A stretch of DNA of 64,000 nucleotides. Origin: Botryllus schlosseri (taxonomy: Eukaryota). Position numbers and translations under genes: made by a program. The DNA is taken from the NCBI GenBank assembly GCA_051294905.1, contig CM119379.1, positions 18,786,001 through 18,850,000 on the forward strand, written 5' to 3'. The notes beneath the pieces were generated by a model, which made no database searches, was not told the origin of the DNA, and was given only the letters and a program-made list of their open reading frames with translations. This document shows, piece after piece, positions 12,844 to 25,711 of this stretch (position 1 is its first letter; every line of letters begins with the position of its first letter).

Positions 12844-13080
12844 TCACTCTTCCAGGACTTCGGTTAGCGTCTTGATGTAGTCGATTGTTCGCACCATGAT
12901 TTCGAAGTCGGTCAAAGTCGAACTGCGCTCTTCGGGAAATGGAACGATAGACTGCAGCTTTCTGTACATCCTTGCCATCTCTGTTTTGTAACGGCCGTCT
13001 GACTTCACGATGCCCCTTTTGGCAGTGTGCGTGGTCTTTGAAGCTGGCAGAATGCTGCTCTTGGAAATAGCCGTCTTCAT
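12844..13080 (-). CDS. Id: Minimal Emc/Id-type HLH protein (HLH gene 2, 78 aa)
   Basis: EMARMYRKLQSIVPFPEERSSTLTDFEIMVRTIDYIKTLTEVLE aligns with the Emc HLH (EMKMYLSKLKDLVPF..LTKLEIIQHVIDYICDLQTELE). No basic region. TATATAAA about 90 nt upstream and AATAAA about 280 nt downstream (12557-12563). Symbol is family-level only. Confidence 0.88.
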   Translation of the reverse strand: MKTAISKSSILPASKTTHTAKRGIVKSDGRYKTEMARMYRKLQSIVPFPEERSSTLTDFEIMVRTIDYIKTLTEVLEE

Positions 13081-13169
13081 TCTTTATCGAGTTAATACGT
13101 TGCAATGGCTACCAACAAATCTGCCAGAGTATCCGAGAGAGAATGTGACGCATCGCAGGAAATTCTGGA

Positions 13170-13177
13170 TTTATATA
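13170..13177 (-). promoter_or_regulatory. TATA box of HLH gene 2
   Basis: Minus strand TATATAAA about 90 nt upstream of the ATG at 13080. Confidence 0.7.
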
Positions 13178-16100
13178 AGGATTCCAAAACTTCTTCCATT
13201 GTCTCGATTTTAACCCTCCTCTCGCTTTGTCCGTCTCTGTGCAGGCTAAACTGGCGGCGATTGATTTTTAAAGGGAATATTCATACGATAATTATAACAT
13301 AGATCGAAATCAGCGGTGTATCAAGAATGAGGGATTATTTCAACGATAAAGTGACTCCAAAGATAAGTGGTGACGACACAGAGAATACATGATGCCACAA
13401 TGTCAAAAACTCAACGCTTTGAAAAAAGACAAAGCGCTTTCGACCACCCTTTCACTGGACCACTGATCCACTGGTTTATCTTGTTCCAACTCATGCCAGA
13501 GCAAAAAGAGCAAGAATACCATAGTAAAATTATACAACGCATTACCAATCCAAAAATTCATTCGTTTAACTTCATCCAAAATGATGGTATTTCTACCTAA
13601 CTAATCTAAGTAAAAGGCTTATCGCTAACTAAAACAGCATGCCACATAAAATGTATCATAAAACATCTATAAGCAAATGAATGATTATTATTATTCAAAT
13701 TTATGAGTATCGAAGAGGCCAAAAATAGTCGTCCGTTTATTGTAGATACATGTTATTTCGGTGTTGGACTAATGTGACTTTGCTGATGCTTGGTACTGTT
13801 AAAACGCGCTCTCAATTTTGTTTATAAAGTCACTCGCATTCACCTGGTTTATACTATGCAAACGCTTGATCGTAAGGATTATAGAATTATTAAAATGGTT
13901 ACATCACTTCGCTACTGAGAAAGGAAGCACAAATGTATAACTGATCATAATCGAACATCTGGGCGTCTTCCGCTAGTAATTATTTGTCACCTGGTCAGCT
14001 GCTATTTATGCAACCAAGGTGCCTTGGTATTCATTCGACTAGTGAATAGAAATTTGACGCCTTCCTGTCACTCATAAATAGGATCTACTAAACGATTTGT
14101 TTATTCAATCCTAGCATAATAATATATCTGATAGAGCCGGTTTTGTATGGATGAAAGCAGTATATTTCATTTCTTCTCGAGATCTTTAATAACGGCCTAC
14201 ACAACTAACGTTTGGCAAAATTTCATTCCCATGTCTGGTGGTTATATAAACCGTTTCAAATGCGACTTTTGCGTATCCAATTAATAGTGCTTACGCGCTT
14301 AGATTTTAATGCGTACAATTTACAGTTACCTTACCCTGATTTTGCGTAATATAGGGTAAGCTGGATTCGTCAATATTGGTGGGTCAAAGGGTCAGATATA
14401 TACACGATTTCCAAATCAAACGAAGAGAGATATTTTGATACGCCTCAAAATTCATATAGGTTTTAAGTACGACCGTGCCGTGAGTACGACCTGCCATTAT
14501 TTTAAATTTTGACACAATGATTCGATTACTCGACTCTGAATCGAGTATTAATTTTAGTGATTCGAGTAGAGTAGTAAAAGACGATTTTTTCGAGTACTGA
14601 AATTATACGCTCCTCTCCACCGAAAGTTAATTTATAAACGAGAATTATAGTTTCGATACTAATTTTCACTGTTGAAGCCTTGAAACCTTGATTGGCCGTA
14701 TCGTAGCATACGAAACATAGTACAGAGCTACAAACGTTACTGGAAACAGCACATTTCCGAACTCATGATCATCCCACAAAATTGTCACCAAATGCAATGA
14801 AATCGTGGGGTCGAAAAAATACCTAAGTATCTTTATGTGATGGATAACAGGCATTATATTCTTTGTGGTCGCGTAAAAGGTACATATTTGAACTTTGACA
14901 TAGTACATTCTGTTGTGACGTCATCATGAGTGATACTCGATTACTCGACTCGAAGCATATTACGTGATTCAGAATCGAATCACTTAGGTATTCGATTTTG
15001 CCCCGCAGCCCTGCCTGCTGTAAGTCCGTGCTACAAGTCTGCATACACTTAATCATAATAAGGAATATCGGCCTGGTGTACATTAAACGACCATTGCAGT
15101 CGAGAAACACCATGAATACCACAAACAACAATGCCCATCGAACTATGTAGTCTAATAGCAAAACTGACTTTCTCGTAAATAGTACGTCGAAGTTTATTCG
15201 TCCGGCAAATTTGACCTTGCCAACAGATAACATAACGATAAGATTATTGATATGATTTATAAAATCACTTAGTGTTGCTTTTCGCATCAAAGGCTTTTTG
15301 CACCACATGGCAACTGATGTAATATATGATCTACAATTAAATAAAGTTTCAAGAGTATTTTTTTTACATATGTGAATGCGTGGTTACATCTGACGCTTTG
15401 AGTCCCGTTTAAATTCCGATATATCGACGATAAAGTTGGCGTCAGTTAAGAGGTTATATAATTATAATTATATAATTGCCGACAGATGTCTAAGGATATA
15501 TTAAATGTGAAACTATAAAGCACGCATAACACCATTTTTAAAGTGTCAAATGCAAAATATTTTACTTGTATCCTGAGAGCTGATATAGGTTTAAGATTAG
15601 ACAAAACGAGACGAAAATTGAAGTTCTTGTAGAATTTGGCTTGTGTAGTGACAATAATAGGCTTTTACACGGCCCTGGACACTGGACAGGCATTCATGAA
15701 GGCGTCTCCGCATACTCACGAGCATATATGGTTACGTAGAAGCCGACCACACGCGCGCTTCGTCAGAGTTGGCTTTTGCGGTCATTGCATACTGTTCTAA
15801 GCAGTTCTACGATGCTTCAAGGTGGTCCACGAAAGTCCAAGGCTACAGCCTAAACAGAACGACGCAAGGCGTCCAAATGTTTCGTGTTTGAAGTTTACGT
15901 TTCGCTTGATATCATATGAAAAACGATCATGTAGTTTAGCCAGCTGCCATTGATTTACACCTGTTCTTGCCTGGTTATTACAATTCCATAACCGTACGCG
16001 GGGACGATGTGTACATTCACGGATGTCAGAGCTCAACGGAATTTGCTAGGGCGCGGTTTTTAATCGTGACTCTGTCAGAGATGAGCGACAAATAATCGGA

Positions 16101-17559
16101 CAGTAACCCCCGGAAGGAGTAGCTATAATTAAAGAGTGTGGCTGGGCACACACAAGATAACCGAATAAGTTAGGGCGGAGATGGCAAATAAAGTCACGAA
16201 GTCAAGCACAAACTGTCAAATACTCAAACATATCCGGAAGATACAATCCGTTGACAGACATTGCCAACCACCAGATGCCATGCTTGATCACGTGCTCATT
16301 TCAATATCATCGGCTCCATTGTAAAATCCGTGGTGTATAAGATGTATTCTCAACTTGAATATGTCACAATAGATTTGATTCAGCTGCTGCTATACGTAAA
16401 TGGAACTGATTTCGGATTCATTCGAACACAAAATCGCTTGACTTTAGCAATGAAGATGCAGCAGCGCCTGGAAAAAGTAAATTTTTATCACTGTAACCAC
16501 TGACAAGACAATCTATGCGCAGTGCAGCTAACTAATTTTAAGAGTAACAAACGCTTGCGAAGAGGACACGGGTTCTCGGCTCTTTCATCAAACCAATCAA
16601 GTCATCATATACCAACAAACACAAGGGTGACGGCTGCAGTTGCGGCCATTCAGAATTGCCTTTGCCCTTTTTAAATTGACCGGTACTCGCGTACTTCCCT
16701 CCCACACCCGATGACAATGAATGCTGTGCGCCGATAAATTTAGACGGTAATTAAATCAGGATATTAACCATTATGAGAAAAGGATGAGACCCCTATTCAC
16801 GTCCCTAATTAATTCGCCAATTAGAAGGAGCATTCATCTCAAAGAATGCGACGAGTATTGACCATGACCACCAGTGACCAGTCACAGGTGGTAATATCTT
16901 ATTGGCCGTGATATGGTGCATGCGCAGTTCCTCGTCCATACGGTACTTTTATGCCTTTTTATGATATTAGCTAAACGGCTTCCACTCTTTCCTTGGGCAA
17001 TTGTGGCATAGATAGGCCGCGCAGGCCCGCATTGATATTATAAAACTATTGACCGGTGCAACTTATACAATATGATTTATTTGTCACCCAAAGACATCTC
17101 CACTGCAAACGGTTTCATATGTTCATATGTTCAATGTTCATTGCATATGTTCTATTTCCATTGAGCCCCAGCCTTGGAGTCCTCAATTAGCAACATAAGA
17201 GAGGTGCCAGATGAAATCTATCAGAGTATATGTTGGAATTGTGGCCCTATATAAAGCTAAAGTGTTTGTTGAATAGCAGGTTATGGTCGCGCCTCTATGA
17301 ACCATCGGCAATACATGATGCGATGTCAGGATTACGCTGCAGGCGGGATTTTGGAATCCGTTATATTGCAGGCCCTTGCTAGCAGTAGCTGTTTCGGGCC
17401 CGTGCTCGAATCAACACAGGCGTTTAAGAGAACACACATCCACCTGCGATCGACTATCGAACGTAGGCTAAACTAGGCGAAGCAATCGTATGCGCAATAT
17501 ATCAAAGTGATTTAATAGACGACGTGCTTAGACCAACAGGCGCCGTAGCACCTGGATAA

Positions 17560-18150
17560 ATTGCGCCAGCTCTTCAATTCGTTATACGCTCGGCCTCGCG
17601 CGTATTAACCCGCCCGACGCGCCGCGTGAGTTATGATAGCTGAGCGATACGAGAGACCCGGACGGTCGGATGACGGACACAATCCGAAAAAACTTCCGAC
17701 CGCCCAAGCCTTTCATGAAACGCGATAGTCGAGGATAATTAAATAAGTTAGTGGCGCCGACGCCACTTACTCTCGCGATAAAACTGGGCTTTATTGACAA
17801 GTTAAGTATGTCGGAGAAAGTGTGAGAAGTGTGAACAATACGGAAACGAGAATGGAGAAGTTGTACGTAAAAGTTGGAAAGAGTGTGAGAATCCAGGAGT
17901 TCGCTACAAGCCCCGAGGCCGATCTTCCACTTTCTCTCGTTTAGTTATCTCTCGCGTTTGGTGGTAAAGTAAATCAACAAAGGACCAGACAAGCTGGCGC
18001 TCGCGCACCTGGGCGTATGATGCAAGGCGGGCACATTAAATCACGATCTTAGTTTGAGCAAACTGGCTCGGTCAACTCTGCATATACGAACCGTAATTAA
18101 GCCTCGTCCATCTCTGTCGGGCGCCGAATCATAGCGCCGCATGGCTAATC
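17560..18150. promoter_or_regulatory. Candidate enhancer (GC-rich Smad sites plus Su(H)-type sites)
   Basis: GGCGCC near 17754 and 18121, near-match composite CAGAC-aagct-GGCGCT at 17986-18001, GTGTGAGAA at 17820-17828 and 17883-17891. Confidence 0.4.
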
Positions 18151-20224
18151 CGTTCTCAATGCTCGCAAATAGTTACGGGCTACGGCTACGCGGAAATTGT
18201 GTATCGCGATTATCGAATTTTATGAATTGCGGTATGGTCCAAAAATACCTTCGTATTCGTGGCATTCCGTCTGCGCTACAAGTAACCGACATCGCTCAGT
18301 CTAGTGTTGCTGATGCAAGTCGGGTAAGGAGTGAATCACGCACACCACACGTTATGAAATTCATCAAATTACGCCACCCGTTTTCGCTGATGTTTCCGTG
18401 CATGTCCGCGCAGAAGTGTTGTGCAAACAGCAGCCGGATTGATGAAGAGGCACCTGGAAATCTTGTCGCGAAATTACCGCCCGCGAATGTCGCAATTTTG
18501 CGATTGAGATTTGAGAAGGTCGCAGTTGAACCTGTAGACAGCCTTTCTCCGATTTCAGGTGTGCACTATGCAGTGCAGTGCATTCTTCTGATAATAACAA
18601 ATGGATAACAAATGTCTCGCACACAGAGATCCAATACGCTCCCGTGGTTATGGTGGGTTCAATGTCTCATCGGTTCACAATTTTCAATTAAAAAAAATGG
18701 TATAGCGGAAACTGGGCGATATAATATGAGATTTTACAAACCTTTCCTATGTGCTCCTTATAGCCCCATGAGCCGCGTAAGAGCTGTCTTAAAAACCTGG
18801 AACGAAAGAAGGGAGTGCTCTGTAAGTACGCAGTTCATGAATCGAAGACAAGACTATCGACCTAGTATGAAATGACTACTAATGTCGTATCACCATGAAT
18901 TTTGAATACCAAAACAACAACTTGAATAACTGATTGGTGGTACAGAACTTGAACACGGCTTTTAACAGTAAAAGCCGAAAACAACAACTATACACGGCTG
19001 ACAGGAAAGTATGCAAATAAATGAGTAAAGGTTTCTGGCGGTAAATATATGTAATTGGATAAGTATAACATGTAATTCCGGTTGATTATTGTTAGTGTAG
19101 CCGAGAGTGCAGACATAATGATGCTTGACCTCCGAGTTCTTCTGGAGCTGATCGGTACTATATCATTGGCCGGAACAGAGCATCGAACAAGGAACTTTAC
19201 ATACTTTTGCAGAACAATACTATAGTTTGTCGCGCTGATTGATTTAATGGACTTCATATCTGGCTACCCGCCGCGAGAAAGACCCACTGGAAATGGAATT
19301 TTAAAATCATTTCCAGTCAATTACGTATTTGTTTAATTAATACGTATTGTATTTTCTACGAATAGGTGCGAATTTTAATGCATTTCTCATCCTGATGATA
19401 TTAATAATAATATTAAAGTATTATAATATAATACAACCGACCATCCCGAAAATATGCGAACAATTGCTGTGCGCTCGCTCGTCTTGGAAAAATTTACTCT
19501 GAGTGCGCTCAAGTTTCCAGAATCAGCGCCACCGGTAACTCTAAAACAGGTTATGGACCTTTTTTAAGTGCGAGAACCTATTTTTGCAGGTGGTTGCGTG
19601 TACCCTTATTGGATTTTTCATGCACATTTTTTTCATGCGGAACTAAACAGCAAAGTTTTGTCTTTTATCACCTCTTTCATTGCCAGACATGTTAACGACC
19701 AATATTTTATCGTATGTTACGAATTATCAACAACCAATACCTATGTCAGCGGTTCCTTATCCCTGGATCGTGCCCAAAGTGGATTGTGGAGCGGTAAAAT
19801 TTAGACTGGATTTGTACTCGAACTTGTAGTGTTCCTGAGATCTCAGGTACTCATGTTCTCAATCGCACACAACTAACTTTTGATGGTTATAGTTGTATAC
19901 AGAGGCGCGGTCACAGTAGCCAGAGTAATTATTCAAGTATAGAAGTAGTTGCAACGCCACCAATTTCTACTCGATTACAGGTACAAGTGACAATTACCAA
20001 GACATGACAAGACAACTTCAAGTTAAAGTATAGAAAATGAAATGACTGAAAAGTACTCTCGAGTAACTAGTTTCAAAAAGTATATTTGGTATAGGGTTCG
20101 CATAATTATAGCAATAAATTGGAGGAGGCTGCATTTGAAATTGCAAGACATATAATTGTATACATACGATTTTTTTATGTATTCATGGTGGTTGTCGCCT
20201 ACTACGGTCATTTACACCAGGACG

Positions 20225-20386
20225 GCCTACCTCTAGGCTTTTTAAGACACCGCTTGCACGGATAAGATGGCGGGGAGGAGCCTAGATAAACACTTAGGTA
20301 GGAATTCTGGAGTCGACCTCGGACGGACCCGAACCCGCAACCCATTGATGTTTCAGTTGTGGATTACACCACTACGTTATCCCGCC
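20225..20386 (-). mobile_element. tRNA-derived SINE, copy 2
   Basis: GGCGGGATAACGTAGTGGT...GGTTCGGGTCC head; shares aagacaccgcttg..agatggcg.ggaggagcctagataaa...ttaggtaggaattc with copy 1. Confidence 0.8.
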
Positions 20387-21607
20387 ATATATATACGATT
20401 GTGTACAATGTATTCTATATTCTATTTATTAGTGTCAATAGTCATCTTGCGTTAGTCGTGAAGATAGATATGTGCATTCCTACAATGTACAATTATTTAT
20501 GAGTGTATGCATGTATGTGTAAAATGTATCTATCTTCGTGACTCAAGCTTATGATAAAATCACTTTCTACTTACCATTTTCTAATTTCTTCGCTATAGTA
20601 ACCGCCTTGATTTTACGTGACAATGAATCCCGAGTGTCTGGGGGTACCATGAAACCTGTATTGGTATCCGTTCAGACGTAATGTTGGTGGTCATCAAAAT
20701 GCTCGTATCGTAATCACCTCCAATCAAAAGAGGTCATGAATAGTGTACTCGCACTGCACCATCCACAAAGATTCCAATGATCACGTGTCGCCAAATAGCA
20801 GCGTTCATTAGGCGTATACAGTAACATGTTGATATTATATACGTATATGGTCGAGTATATATGTTTTGTTCCTTACTAATATTTTTTATTAATTATCTGT
20901 GTTGGGGACGAAAATAACAAGATCACGAGTCTATTTGTATGTGGAAGCATGGAAACCAGGGATATCTAGATATCCCTGATGGAATCTTCAAAATTCGTTA
21001 ATAATCATCACGCTACCGATTGGTTCGCCACTTCTCTTCCGCGAAAGATTTTAGATCGCGTGATTATAAGGTTGAAAATCATAGCAGGGCTGAGTTCTCT
21101 CGATTCCAAGTTATCGCACTGCCTTCACTGATACACCGTAGATACGTCACAGGTACAGGTTATCCACAGTTATATTCTCTTACTTTTCATCCGGGTCCAT
21201 GTCGCGTATTTACATATTTTAGACCGAGGTGAGTGTCTGATTTAAATACTAATCCAGGTTGTTTCGGCTTCTTGCCATCTTTTCATATTATAGCAATCCT
21301 GTGGTGCATGAAAGGATGAATAATAGAAAAGTGAACTGAACGCCGGCTTATCATCGGTAAGGTGACGCGGTGTATGTGCTATCAATTGGTTTTCAGGAAT
21401 TTTGTTCTCGAAATCAAATTCTTTTCCGACCGAGTCCCCGAATTCAGATTGATGTCGGAGAAAAGATACTTTCAGACTAAAGCCGTTAGCCCGGAGGAAA
21501 AGGACTTTCCAGTTGAATAGGATAATATGCTAGATTTAGATTGTATTATGAACATCCCATACCTAATAATTTTTGACAAGCGTGCCAAATATAAATAACG
21601 TCGTGAC

Positions 21608-23602
21608 CAGACATGGGGTGATTACTTCATGAATGTAATCGATTGCGATTACGATTACGATTACGATTACAGCAAAATCAGGAAGTAGTCGATTACGATT
21701 ACGATTACATTGGAAAAGTAATCACGATTACTCACGATTACATTTATTTTGCATCTTAGTAGTTATATTGGAAGACAATAGATGGATTGCGCTGAAAAGG
21801 CCTAATGAGATAACATATTTCTTTAAAACAGACGCGACATTTGCTTGTTACGTCACAATGTACATATTGCCCATTTTATAAAGGACGATTTATCGCATCC
21901 AATGATTTGCATTATTGCCAGGTCCATAACTGCTGCACCACAAATTCTCCAATAGGGTGGGGAGCGTGCTCGGAGGCGACTCAAGAGTATTTCGTGAACC
22001 AACATAAATTATAGCGTATTCTCGACAGATTTCATTAACTTGAAAATTATCTTTGAGCTTTGCCATTTAAATGTCTCTAGATAGCTTGATTTCGAAATGC
22101 AAACGTCTCCCCTCAAGAAATAAAGGATGCATAACTCATAGTAATAGGCATTATGGTGCCAGTCAATACCGCGCCCCGACACACCAAAAGACATATGCAG
22201 TTTAGGCCAACATGCGACTCTACGAAGTGTGCTATCAAAGAAAGACGTTGGTGGAAATTTGGGGTATGTATCCATTGTCGATAGCCGCGCTGGATGGGCG
22301 TGACTAACAGTCCGGTCCTTCCAATCTGAGCCCACGATGCAAATGCCACGCAGGCACCCACAGAGCATTAGACATGACAATTTGTGTGTGCGTCTCACGA
22401 AAGTTTTTCTTTTAGTCTGCTAAGTTTGGGCCACTACAATATCTTTTGACTATATAACAGACCGGAGGTCACGAATTAACAACATGCACTACAGTAATTA
22501 TTGCAAGATACCAGATGTTATAATTATAGATTACGCGCCCCCTGCTCTTCAGGTAAGTCTGACCATCGGAGGCTGAGATAGGATTAAAAATGTAATATAA
22601 TGCAATTACCAATGTTATTGACGAAATGAAATCTTCAAGTTAAAAATTGACTACCCTTTGGGGGCCCAAGACCAACGTTTGGAGTGGAGGACGATTTTGC
22701 TGTTTTGATCCTGATTCTAGCTACAACCCACGCTAACATGGTATATAAGCCGATGGCTATGGCGGCAGGTCCAAATCTTCAGTAAAGAATTGTGAAATAG
22801 CAATTGACGCCCGTTTTGAGTAGAATAATATGAGAATAAGAGAAGGTGAAAATAAAATTCTGCTTTCAACTTAATACAGATAATGTAATGCAAGCTGCCA
22901 TTACGAGAAACGGCAAGAAAACGGCGCGGTTATGATTTGTATCAGCAGCTGTTGATTTTTAATGCTTTGTTGTGGAAACCGTAATATTTTATTTGATGAG
23001 TACAAAATTTCAAATCTTTGTCTGGTGTACGTTCGTACCAGCACATAGGCCTTCTGCTCGCCAAGCAGCAACGGTCAAATTGCGTTTAACTAAGCATAAC
23101 CAAACATCAATACAAAAGTTGCTATTTTAAACTAGGCAGAGAAGTGATTAGTTATCCTGCAGCGAGGTAGTGGCGTCTGAAATATATTGATAACCCGATA
23201 TACTGAACGGTGGGTGTTTTACAATCACACTAATGTACATCGACTATCTATTTACTATAAGTGTGGAATGTGGATACTTCTTACGCAAAGACGAGCACAG
23301 CTAATAAGCTACTTCTGACGTTATAATGAGCAATGGCATTTGAAAATCAGACGTTTGTGACTCAATAACTGGTATAATATCTCTTGCTTGTTAACGAATG
23401 TTCAGTTTATGTCACAGTCGTCGCACAAATAAAAAGTAATCGTTCTTTCACAAAGAAATCGATTAAATATGCGAAGTAGTCGATTACGATTACGATTACT
23501 TCGGAATTTTTTCGAATGTAATCGATTGCGATTACGATTACTTGAAAATGCTGTAATCGTCGTAATCGATTACGATTACTAATCGCGATTACCCCATGTC
23601 TG
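21608..23602. mobile_element. Non-autonomous hAT-type element, 1995 bp
   Basis: TIR CAGACATGGGGT / ACCCCATGTCTG, perfect 8-bp TSD GTCGTGAC (21600-21607, 23603-23610), subterminal GATTAC/GTAATC arrays at both ends, no transposase ORF. Confidence 0.9.
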
Positions 23603-24690
23603 GTCGTGACACCGCATTCTGTGCATATGAGTTCTAGTAGTTGCAAGGCCAACCAACCTATTAAGAATTGGTAACGGTGATTGCGAACTTAATATAATAA
23701 TCGTGAGTGTACTTGAAGGGAAATCGAACAAAGCGTGTTTTAATATTCACGGGAAAAGTCAGCATTTGCATATTAGAGCGATTTTGATGATATTTTGTCC
23801 ATTCTCTTAGCCCACTTGAGCTTAGAGGTCAAACATTCCAGATAAAGCTAAAATAAAAACAAATTTCGCAAAACGCACAATGTCCAATTGTTACTCGTTC
23901 ACGGACCGCATAAATATGTCATTTGCGGTCCGCATTTGCACACCCTTCCTCTAACCTGAAGAGAATTCTACCTTCGCCTCCTTAGCATTGGAATTGCGAC
24001 GGACTATTTATTTTTCAACCCATCAACAAAGTCTTCGACGCGAACTAGTGTTTGCGCCTGCGCCCACCGCTTTCACATTCAGCCATGATGAGTAGTAACA
24101 CTACACCACCATGTTTTCGTTTAGTATCATTTTATGGGCCATTAAATAATCATTATAATTCGTATGTGTGTGTTTACTGAGGCGTGTGTCGCGGTGATAT
24201 CATCCGTTCTGAGGTGCTATTTGTCGAATTAGCGTTACATTATACTTTACGCGCGGCGTCAAGCACTTTGTTTTGCAACTGTGAAAGTTTCGCAATGAAA
24301 CGCGACGTAGGTTCGGACGTAGAAACGTGACAGGCACGGGACTGATTACAAGGATCGACGGAGAAAGTGTAATCAAATCCTGCGGATGAGTCATGTCAAT
24401 TTTCGAACTTTGCTGGATTCGTTCGGGCATGCTGTACAAAAATAACCTCTCCCTTGGCTGGAAACTTTTAGCGATAGTTCGTTTAATGGGCGTTCTTCGG
24501 GGAAGTTTTGTAAAAGATTCGATTCTGTACTTTCACGAATGGGTGCGATTTGAAAAAATCGGGGCTGTAACACGTTTAGGGCAGTGGTTTCCGACCTTTC
24601 TTGTTACGTTCAGCCGCCCAGTCTGTAACTATATTCATTCCTCTCCATAGTAAAAAAAATAAGAAGTCCTTAAATTTATAAACCCTAGCA

Positions 24691-25711
24691 CATGGGTTCT
24701 TAAAGTGTGGGTCGCGAAGGGTATAATTTTGGGACACGACGGCACCAGATCGATCTTTTAATATGTATGTGATATTTGTTGAATTTCTTGCAACAAACAA
24801 AATTCGTCGCACTTGGCGCAATAACCCGTGGATAGTTTGTACATTTCCGAGGTCACTGTTGGGTACTATAGACAAAAAGCGATGCGCGTAGAAAAGTCGC
24901 TACTGCATTATGGCTTGATCATGAAAATGAGCCGACATTTGAAATAAAAATATATGTTTGAATCTATGATAAGATTATTCCAATATTGGATTCTCTAGAA
25001 AACACCGCACCAGGACACACGAAGATACGAAGTCTTAGCCAACGGCTGGGTAAAGTGCGATGCCAAAAAGATCGGCGGCGACAAGACCTTGCTCAGAATT
25101 GACCCCATAGCTCAGTGGTTCTCAAACGGGTAGGGGGTCGCCCCCTTGTGGTGCGTGGAAGCATCTGAAGGGAGCGCGAAGTTACGGTCCACTGAATTTT
25201 TTTTACATCTGCTGCTCTGTGTATAGTCTGAATTTCATATTTGAGAATTCTCTCATCAACGCTCATAACCTTCCATGCAATCAAACTATCCGTTGGGATT
25301 GCAAGCATTCTGGTGGCATTTTGTGATATGACGATAAAGGGGGTGTGTCTATAAAAGTTTGAAAACCACTGCTGTAGCTGGTTTGCCCAAACCTTCGATG
25401 TTGATATGTCCGTTCCACGAAATGGTGGGCACCGAATAGTCCCATGTCTGCAATCTGAGTAGACAGTAGTACAATTGCAGTACAAATGCGAACCCAAGAA
25501 ATGATGCAGCCTAATTTGAAATCGCGTGCGTCAGACATGTTTCATAGAGATGCGTTACGTACCACTGTTGCGCTTTCGCGATGTCATACATACCGGTAAA
25601 AAGCGTAGCATAGTAATAAAAAATTGTATTTTTCTATGTTTGAGCCTTGGGTCGCGTGCTGCCACTAAGACGCAGATTTGGGTCGCGGTCTAAAAAGTTT
25701 AAGACCCACTT
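24691..25711. mobile_element. hAT/Charlie-type MITE carrying a nested MITE
   Basis: Ends CATGGGTTCTTAAAG / AAAGTTTAAGACCCACTT with TGGGTCGCG subterminal motifs; TSD CCCTAGCA / TCCTAGCA (7/8). Confidence 0.7.
25113..25371. mobile_element. Nested hAT/Charlie-type MITE, 259 bp
   Basis: TIR CAGTGGTTCTCAAAC / GTTTGAAAACCACTG; TSD CCATAGCT / CTGTAGCT (6/8). Confidence 0.75.

Noticed and set aside
14500-15013. Possible MITE with CGATTACTCGACTC repeats ending GCAGCCCTG
   Set aside because: No left TIR or TSD found, so it was not listed as a delimited element.
18141-18608. 155-aa ORF
   Set aside because: Random-like composition, no domain, and it lies against a probable enhancer.
18988-19257. 89-aa ORF with a vaguely amphipathic pattern (extra HLH?)
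   Set aside because: Lacks the YI..L helix-2 signature and a clear TATA box.
21640-21750. GATTAC arrays as a CRISPR array or telomeric repeat
   Set aside because: No constant repeat-spacer periodicity; they lie inside TIRs and TSDs of a eukaryotic hAT element.
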